Both the position numbers and the translations under genes were made by a program. DNA of 64,000 bases, from NCBI GenBank assembly GCA_965197905.1, contig CBDAOB010000003.1:512001-576000 (forward strand). The letters are read 5' to 3'. Of this stretch, positions 57,458 through 64,000 are shown piece after piece; positions within the stretch are counted from its first letter, which is position 1; each line of letters opens with the position of its first letter. The stretch is from Candidatus Latescibacterota bacterium (GTDB lineage: Bacteria > Latescibacterota > UBA2968 > UBA8231). The notes below the pieces were generated by a model that did no database searches, was not told where the DNA came from, and saw only the letters and a list, made by a program, of their open reading frames with translations.

Positions 57458-59598
57458 GTGCGCCACGAGGCGCCAGAGAACCGGGTGGGATGCAAGGACC
57501 CACCAACGGGCTGTCGCAGCAGCCCGTTGAAGCTGGAGGCAGCCTGACCCTGGGAGCGCAGGGGAAGGTGGAAGCAGCCTCGACAACGACAGAGTGGAGT
57601 GGCACCTCCAGACACTCCACGTCTGGCAAGCAAGACGGAATGGTGTAACCCGAAGTGAACCAGTGATGGAACCCCCTTTAGCGGCCCGCCAACCCAAACC
57701 TGGTGGATAAGGGTTGGTACGCAACGCACGTGGTCGGATATATGACCGACTGCGACTCTGGGGAGGTGTGATACCCACCGAAGCAGAGGCCTTGGAGAAT
57801 GCCTGCGGCGTACCCAAGGCGAAGTTGCAGGGGAAAAGCTGGGCACCTCCCCCGTCAAACGGTTCATGGTGAACGTGGGAACCGAGCCGAGTCCGACCGT
57901 TATCGGGGCAGCGCGCTGTCCGCTGTGGGGCTTGGCAAGGGACGGAGCCTCTGTAGTAGTCCGCGAGCGGGAAAGCCGCTTACATGGCGAAGGGAGGCAG
58001 CAAGTTGCGCAGTGGGGTACTGGAAAAACAGGAGGACGCCGGTGAATGCCAGCGCTTCGTGGCCCGAGGCAGAACAAGCCCGTAATCGAGTACTGGAAAT
58101 CCAGACCAAACTGCACCGTTGGGCTGTAGAGGATCGAAGCAAGTGCTTCGACGACCTGTTCAACCTGGTGTGTGACCCGGCGTTTTTGAGTGTAGCCTGG
58201 CGTCGGGTGCGCAGCAACAAGGGTGCTCGTTCGGCCGGAGTGGACGGACAAACGGCCTACTCTGTGGAGACGGAACGCGGCGAGGAGGCCTTTCTCGCCG
58301 AGGTGCGGGTTGATCTGAAGACCCGCAGTTTCCGGCCTCTGCCCGTACGCGAGCGGTTGATTCCGAAACCTGGCACAACGAAGAAGCGCCGGCTCGGCAT
58401 CCCAACCGCTCGGGACCGAGTGGTCCAAGCCGCACTCAAGCTGGTGCTCGAACCGATCTTCGAAGCGGACTTCAAGCCGTGCTCCTACGGCTTCCGCCCG
58501 AATCGGCGGGCTCAGGACGCCATCGCCGAGATTCATCAATTCTGCTCCCGCTCTTATGAGTGGGTGGTGGAGGGCGATATCCGTGCTTGTTTCGATGAGA
58601 TTGATCACGCAGCCCTCTTGGACCGCGTGCGTCGACGTATCGGTGATAAGCATGTTCTGAGGCTTGTAAAAGCGTTCTGCAAGGCCGGTGTCCTCACGGA
58701 ACAATCGGTGTTGCAAGAAAGCACTTCGGGCACTCCGCAAGGCGGTATTCTCTCACCGCTGGTGGCAAATATCGCCTTATCCGTCCTCGACGATTATTTC
58801 ACTGAGGTCTGGAGAAAGGTGGGCGCTACCTCCAGTGCGCGACAAGCGCATCGGCGAAAGGGGCTACCGACTTGTCGGCTTGTCCGTTACGCTGACGATT
58901 TCGTGCTGCTGGTGGCGGGCACCGAAGCTGCAGCGTATGACCTGCGCGACCAAGCGGGGGTGACTCTCACCCCCATGGGTCTGCACCTGTCGGAGACGAA
59001 GACCGCCATCACGCACATCAGCCGTGGCTTCGATTTCCTGGGCTTTCGCATTCAGAAGCGACGGAAACCGGGCCCGGTTGGCGCACGCATCTATACGTGG
59101 CCAAGAAAGGAATCTCTGGCCCGGTTGAAGAGCACGGTGCGCGCAGTCACGAGAACGGGTCGGCAGAGGCCGTTGAAGAGCCTTCTGCGCCAACTCAATC
59201 CGGTGTTGCGGGGGTGGGCCAACTACTTTCAGTACGGGGTGTCGAAGGCCACTTTCAACTACGTGCGGGGCTTCACTTGGCGCCGCGTAGTGCATTGGCT
59301 GCGCCGCAAGCACCCGCGCTTTAATTGGAGGAAGCTGAAACGCCGCTACCTGCCAGGATGGTGGCCCACCGAGGACGGGATTGCTCTTTACAACGTCGGC
59401 GAAGTAGCAGTGACTCGTTACCGCTATCGATCGGCGCGGATCCCTTCTCCCTGGCCTGCGACAACCGGATGAGACTCTGCGGTCACACGGCACCTTGTGG
59501 AGAGCCGGATGCGTGGTAACGCGCACGTCCGGTTCGGAGGGCGGGCCGGAGAAACCCACATCACGCGTGTGGCGCAGGGCGCTCCGGTCCGACCCTAC
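57458..59598 (+). mobile_element. Group II intron, 2141 nt
   Basis: 5' GTGCG; domain V GAGCCGGATGCG...CGCACGTCCGGTTC; domain VI ending CGACCCTAC; removal restores the host frame. Confidence 0.95.
58042..59472 (+). CDS. ltrA: Group II intron reverse transcriptase/maturase, no HNH endonuclease domain
   Basis: AGGAGG SD then GTG; RLGIP..RDRVVQ, SYGFRP, GTPQGGILSP, YADD, FDFLGF and GWANYF. Confidence 0.95.
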   Translation: MNASASWPEAEQARNRVLEIQTKLHRWAVEDRSKCFDDLFNLVCDPAFLSVAWRRVRSNKGARSAGVDGQTAYSVETERGEEAFLAEVRVDLKTRSFRPLPVRERLIPKPGTTKKRRLGIPTARDRVVQAALKLVLEPIFEADFKPCSYGFRPNRRAQDAIAEIHQFCSRSYEWVVEGDIRACFDEIDHAALLDRVRRRIGDKHVLRLVKAFCKAGVLTEQSVLQESTSGTPQGGILSPLVANIALSVLDDYFTEVWRKVGATSSARQAHRRKGLPTCRLVRYADDFVLLVAGTEAAAYDLRDQAGVTLTPMGLHLSETKTAITHISRGFDFLGFRIQKRRKPGPVGARIYTWPRKESLARLKSTVRAVTRTGRQRPLKSLLRQLNPVLRGWANYFQYGVSKATFNYVRGFTWRRVVHWLRRKHPRFNWRKLKRRYLPGWWPTEDGIALYNVGEVAVTRYRYRSARIPSPWPATTG

Positions 59599-59733
59599 GC
59601 GCTCCTTGTCCAGCCGGCAGGTCGCCATCAAGGTGCCATCCTGCAGTTGCGTAATGGTGGTGCGCGCGCAGGACCGTTGGTACTCTGGTGCCTTGCTACC
59701 GTCGTGTATAAATCCGGAACCGATAACTCGCAT

Positions 59734-61974
59734 TCATCCTACTCCCTTAAGCTTCGCGACAACAACCTCGTGCAGATGCACCCGAGGCACGGTGACAGAC
59801 GACCCTCCCCCAGCCACCTCCAGGGCGACGCCTGCCAGAGGCAAGCGGGCGGCAGCGACCTCAAAATCATTGAAGCAGAGCTCGATGTCGTGCACCGGCG
59901 TCACCTCCTCCACAAAAAAATGGGTCGAGGAGGCGCCGCCAATACTGTTGGGCAGATGGGGCGCCGGATTATTGATCAGATGAATCATAAGCTCACCCGA
60001 CTCGCGTTTCGCGGCGGTAACCTCCACCGTCTTCGGAGCCTGAACGGCGATCGGAGGCGGCACTCGTTCTACGATTCGGGCAACAAACCGCTTGAGCGCG
60101 GGATACGGGTTGCGCTCGAAACTGCCACCCACATCGCCGTTGATGTAGATCGCCTGTCCCTTGCCGACCGGACGAACGGTTACCACCGGTTCCCCCGAAT
60201 CGAACTCCCCGTTCCGATCGTAGTGATCGACCGGATTGGGTTGATCGATACTGCAACGGGTAGCCAACACCTCCAGCTCTGCTCCGCCTCTTGGGGTCAT
60301 CTTCGATGCGCGACCGGTGAAACACATGAGCGGCCCGAATTCCGTGGCGAGGCTCTGGTCCTGCAGTACGTAGACCACCGCATGGTCATCGCCGTCGGCT
60401 GCGGGTCCGGCGTAGTCCAGCCCAAAGAGCTCCGCCAGGCCGAAGTTCTCCCGTTTTTGTCCCAGCTCGTCCAGCAGGGAGGTTTGGTGGGTGGCGATCA
60501 ACGTGCCGCCATTCTGGACAAACCGGTCGATAACGCCGCACTGCTGGTCAGAGAGGCAGGCGCTGTTCGAGAGGAATAGGACCTTGAACGGAGCGAGAAT
60601 TTCCTCGGTCAATTGTTCATCAAAAACTACGTCCGTCAATAGTTGGGACGGACCCAGCATGTCGTAGGTGGCGCGGACGCGGTCGGCATAGACGTTGCGC
60701 ACGTATTTGTTCTTCTCGGCCCACTTCTGTTTCTCTTCGGTGTCGTAGAGCTCCGCATCCCGATGGCCAAACTGAAACTCACCGGGCAGGAAGTCCATGG
60801 AGCTCTGGGAGAGATGAAGCGCCACGTACTTGACCGTCTCTCCCCCCATATAGTCTACCCGCTGTTTCACTTCCGCGAAGACTCGCTTGATGAAATCGGC
60901 GCGCAGATCGACGGCGTACTGCATCCCGCAGAAGAAGAATCCACCGCCGTGCGCAACGGCGGTGAGACCGTAGAGCGCCGGGCTGTACGGTTCCGCGTGC
61001 GGCGGGAATCCCCAGCACGATCCATCGAGGCCCTGGGTGCTGGAGCGCCAAAGACCGAACGGCGAGCCGTGGGCGCGGGCGATCTTGGCGCTGAAACCGC
61101 CCCGGTGCTCGATGGTCCCCCATCCCGACTCGATAAAGAAGTAGCCACCCACCTTCTCCAGACCCAGCGGATTGAACGGCGCCGCCATGCCCCACTTGGC
61201 CTGCTCGCCGTAGTAATTGAAATCCATGATGGTAAGGGGATGGTTGGTGCGCACGCCGCTGACGACGTGGACAAGGAACTCGCGCACCTTGTCGTAGCGC
61301 CACACCACAAAGCGCCGGAAATCAATGGAATCGAAATCGATCTTCTGGGGAATCTCTCGTCCGGTTTCGCTGGCGTAGATCTCCTTGCAATAATCGCAGG
61401 TGCAGGCGGTGTATAGGGGCTGGCCTTCATGGGAGCCCCAGTTCATGTCATCGAAGAAGAACCCGTCCAGGTCCAGATGATCGAGGTACTCGCTGAGGTA
61501 CTTCACGATCCAGTCGCGATACGGAGTATTGAAGCAGAACCAATCCAGGTTCTCGGGTCCCGGCCCGATCCCTTCCGGCCGGTCGTCTTCCAACCACTGC
61601 ATCATCCATTCCGGGTGCATCGGCTTGAGCGGTTTGGTGTAGATCATCGGATAGTAGGCGATGACCAGCATGCCCCGCTCGTGGGCCAAATCCAGGAATC
61701 GCGGAATGAGATCGTAGTCGGCTTTCTCGTACGGAGGCAGGATCTTCGACGGATAGTACGGCGTGCCCCGGTCGTGTTCGCCCCCGATGATCTGGACGTC
61801 GAGACCGACCTCCTGCATCAGGTCAAAGTGCTCCTCCATGGTTGGGGCCGGATAATGCTCGTCGTCCGAGCCGTAGGCCAGACAGAGTGGATAATGCTCC
61901 GATCGGCAGATCTGCTCTTCGTACGGTTTCGCCGTGAGACGTTCTACTCTACTGGGAATCTTGCCTATTGCCAT
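59734..61974 (-). CDS. GH42-like TIM-barrel plus trimerisation-domain protein (intact paralog)
   Basis: WFCFNTPY, DGFFFDDM, CTCDYC, LFLSNSACLSD and MIHLINNP. Confidence 0.8.
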   Translation of the reverse strand: MAIGKIPSRVERLTAKPYEEQICRSEHYPLCLAYGSDDEHYPAPTMEEHFDLMQEVGLDVQIIGGEHDRGTPYYPSKILPPYEKADYDLIPRFLDLAHERGMLVIAYYPMIYTKPLKPMHPEWMMQWLEDDRPEGIGPGPENLDWFCFNTPYRDWIVKYLSEYLDHLDLDGFFFDDMNWGSHEGQPLYTACTCDYCKEIYASETGREIPQKIDFDSIDFRRFVVWRYDKVREFLVHVVSGVRTNHPLTIMDFNYYGEQAKWGMAAPFNPLGLEKVGGYFFIESGWGTIEHRGGFSAKIARAHGSPFGLWRSSTQGLDGSCWGFPPHAEPYSPALYGLTAVAHGGGFFFCGMQYAVDLRADFIKRVFAEVKQRVDYMGGETVKYVALHLSQSSMDFLPGEFQFGHRDAELYDTEEKQKWAEKNKYVRNVYADRVRATYDMLGPSQLLTDVVFDEQLTEEILAPFKVLFLSNSACLSDQQCGVIDRFVQNGGTLIATHQTSLLDELGQKRENFGLAELFGLDYAGPAADGDDHAVVYVLQDQSLATEFGPLMCFTGRASKMTPRGGAELEVLATRCSIDQPNPVDHYDRNGEFDSGEPVVTVRPVGKGQAIYINGDVGGSFERNPYPALKRFVARIVERVPPPIAVQAPKTVEVTAAKRESGELMIHLINNPAPHLPNSIGGASSTHFFVEEVTPVHDIELCFNDFEVAAARLPLAGVALEVAGGGSSVTVPRVHLHEVVVAKLKGVG

Positions 61975-62102
61975 CGTCGCCTTCCTCGGTCTGGTGAGTC
62001 GAAGTCGCAGCAGGCAAGATCGTCATTCCTCATCACGCCGGAAAGATGCGGCTACATTTTCGCTTGCTTTCGCTTTGGGCAACTTCCATTACCTTTTTTG
62101 AT

Positions 62103-64000
62103 ATGATTGCCATCTCCAATCTCGCCAAAGCCTACGGCGACCGAACCCTCTTCGCCGGCGTGTCAGTGCGTCTGAACCCCGGCGAAAAGTACGGTCTCGT
62201 CGGTGCCAACGGCTCTGGAAAGACAACACTCCTGGACATCCTTGCCGGCGACCTCGAGGCCAGCGAAGGCGAGGTGATGTTGCCCAAGCGAGTCCGCATG
62301 GGGGTGTTGCGCCAGGACCAATTCCTTTACGAGAATCAAAAGATCATCAACGTTGCCCTGATGGGGAATCAGGAACTGTGGAAGGTGATGGAACAAAAGG
62401 AGGGGCTGCTGGCAAAGGCGGAGAAGGAGTTCGACGCCGACCGGTTCTCGGCGCTGGAAGAGACCATCGAGCGGTTGGACGGATACTCGGCGGAGTCACG
62501 GGCGGCGGCCATTTTGGAAGGTCTTGGATTGCCCGCCGAGCTGCATTACGATCCACTGTCTACTCTATCGGGGGGGTTTAAACTCCGGGTCCTGTTGGCG
62601 CAGGTGTTGGCCAGCAATCCGGACGTGTTGCTGCTGGATGAGCCCACCAACCATCTGGATATCCTGTCCATCCGTTGGCTCGAGATCTTCCTTCGCGATT
62701 ACGCCGGGACGCTGGTCGTGATATCCCACGACCATCGGTTCCTCGACAATGTGACCACCCACATCCTCGATGTGGATTACGAGACCGTGCAGCTGTACCG
62801 CGGCAACTACACCTCTTTTGTCGATGCCAAACGGACCGAGCGCGCTCGGCGAGAGAAGGAGATCGCCGGCCGCGAAAAGGATATCGCCCACCACCAGAAG
62901 TTCGTCGACCGATTCAGGGCGAAGGCATCTAAGGCGAGGCAAGCCCAGAGTAAGCTGCGCATGATCGAAAAGAAAGCGGAGGAGCTAGACGTATTGCCTA
63001 CCAGCTCCCGCCGGTACCCCACCTTTCGGTTTGAACAGATTCGCGACAGCGGCCGCGACGTGCTCAAGATCGAGGGGATCAAGAAAGCGTTCGGCGACAA
63101 CGAGGTGCTGCACGGGGTCGACCTCCTGGTGCGTCGCGGCGATCGGCTGGCGATCATGGGCCCCAATGGCATCGGCAAATCTACGCTCCTGAAGATCGTC
63201 ATGGGCGACCTGGAAGCGGACGCCGGCGAGGTCGAATGGGGCTACGAAACCCATCCTGGTTATTTCGCCCAGGACCACCGGGAGCAGTTCGAGTCACCCA
63301 ATGCCAGCGCCGAAAGCTGGCTGGGTCAGTTCTGTCCCGACAAAGGGATCGGGTTCGTGCGCTCGCAGATGGGCCGGGTTCTTTTCACTGGCGACGACGG
63401 CAAGAAACGCTTGAGCTCGCTCTCCGGTGGAGAGGCGGCGCGCCTGGTCTTCAGCCGGCTGGCGATCACCCAGCCGAATGTGCTCGTGCTGGACGAGCCG
63501 ACGAACCACCTGGATCTGGAGTCGATCGAGGCTCTTGTGGGTGCGCTGAAGCACTACGCTGGCACGGTCATCCTCGTTTCACACGATCGCTGGCTGGTGG
63601 GACAGCTGGCAACTCGGATCGTGGAGATCAAACCGGATGACATCCTCGACTACCAGGGAACCTACGAGGAGTACGTGCACTTCTGCGGCGACGACCACCT
63701 GGATGCGGACCAGGTTATTCTGAAGGCGCGCAGAGAGAAGCCGAAGAAAGGGTCACGGCAAAAGCAGTCCGCAAGCAACGGCAAGTCGAAGCAGCAACAA
63801 GAGCGAGAGCGGCGACAGACCGAGGAGCGCAGAACCGAGCTCTTGGTAAGCATCGAAACGGCGGAGTCGCGTATTGCCGAGATCGACGGCATCTTTTGCG
63901 ATCCGAGCTATTACGAGCAGACTCCCCGTGACGAAGTGAACGCGCTGGAAGCAGAACGCTCGCACTGCGAGCGCGAATTGACCGCGCTCCTGGAAGAGTG
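62103..64000 (+). CDS. ABC-F ATPase (YbiT-like), 3' partial; absent from the ORF track
   Basis: Hand translation gives GANGSGKT, LSGG and LLLDEPTNHLD, then a second GPNGIGKST, LSGGE and LDEPTNHLD, then a C-terminal coiled coil. Confidence 0.93.
   Translation, partial: MIAISNLAKAYGDRTLFAGVSVRLNPGEKYGLVGANGSGKTTLLDILAGDLEASEGEVMLPKRVRMGVLRQDQFLYENQKIINVALMGNQELWKVMEQKEGLLAKAEKEFDADRFSALEETIERLDGYSAESRAAAILEGLGLPAELHYDPLSTLSGGFKLRVLLAQVLASNPDVLLLDEPTNHLDILSIRWLEIFLRDYAGTLVVISHDHRFLDNVTTHILDVDYETVQLYRGNYTSFVDAKRTERARREKEIAGREKDIAHHQKFVDRFRAKASKARQAQSKLRMIEKKAEELDVLPTSSRRYPTFRFEQIRDSGRDVLKIEGIKKAFGDNEVLHGVDLLVRRGDRLAIMGPNGIGKSTLLKIVMGDLEADAGEVEWGYETHPGYFAQDHREQFESPNASAESWLGQFCPDKGIGFVRSQMGRVLFTGDDGKKRLSSLSGGEAARLVFSRLAITQPNVLVLDEPTNHLDLESIEALVGALKHYAGTVILVSHDRWLVGQLATRIVEIKPDDILDYQGTYEEYVHFCGDDHLDADQVILKARREKPKKGSRQKQSASNGKSKQQQERERRQTEERRTELLVSIETAESRIAEIDGIFCDPSYYEQTPRDEVNALEAERSHCERELTALLEE

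Larger units (their letters stand above)
56447..59733 (-). pseudogene. Sialidase-like gene disrupted by an antisense group II intron and a nonsense codon
   Basis: 59733-59599 joined to 57457-56447 reads in frame (LDKER|DTLGGHHG) with four Asp-boxes; TGA at 56677-56675. Confidence 0.9.

Noticed and set aside
57458..59598. RT as a retron, DGR or defence RT
   Set aside because: Domains V/VI, GTGCG...AC ends and the maturase domain identify an ordinary group II intron.
57424..60579. Long ORFs 57424..58740 (-), 58864..59733 (-), 56675..57817 (-) and 59497..60579 (+)
   Set aside because: These are antisense shadows or host-exon/intron chimeras in high-GC DNA.

Overview
This is a high-GC bacterial chromosomal window of about 45 genes. 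An FlgD-Ig/T9SS-CTD-like domain plus many PhyH, sialidase-like and beta-propeller paralogs suggest an FCB-group heterotroph such as Latescibacterota; this is inference only. Catabolic families dominate: 5 PhyH dioxygenases, 5 related GH32-like propeller proteins, BNR/sialidase-like proteins, 2 GH42-like enzymes, and MlrC, CocE and M24 hydrolases. Housekeeping genes include rnr, rsmE, a cold-shock protein, an FKBP, an ABC-F ATPase and topoisomerase IB. One complete group II intron (57458-59598) sits antisense inside a sialidase-like gene; its EBS1 matches the flanking exon and the host gene also carries a nonsense codon. The best novelty candidates are: (1) a four-lipoprotein cluster (31689-36746) ending in an exported dikinase-like protein whose phospho-His domain precedes the ATP-grasp, as in glucan,water dikinases; (2) a csp locus with six GTAG-N3/4-CTAC mini-hairpins in its leader and a downstream unannotated 71-aa ORF that can only start at ATC or ATT; (3) a circularly permuted DUF3179 lipoprotein, an apparently catalytically dead RNase II/R paralog, and an FlgD-like domain inserted inside another domain. 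No rRNA, tRNA or CRISPR array was seen. All family calls come from motif recognition by eye; no searches were run.
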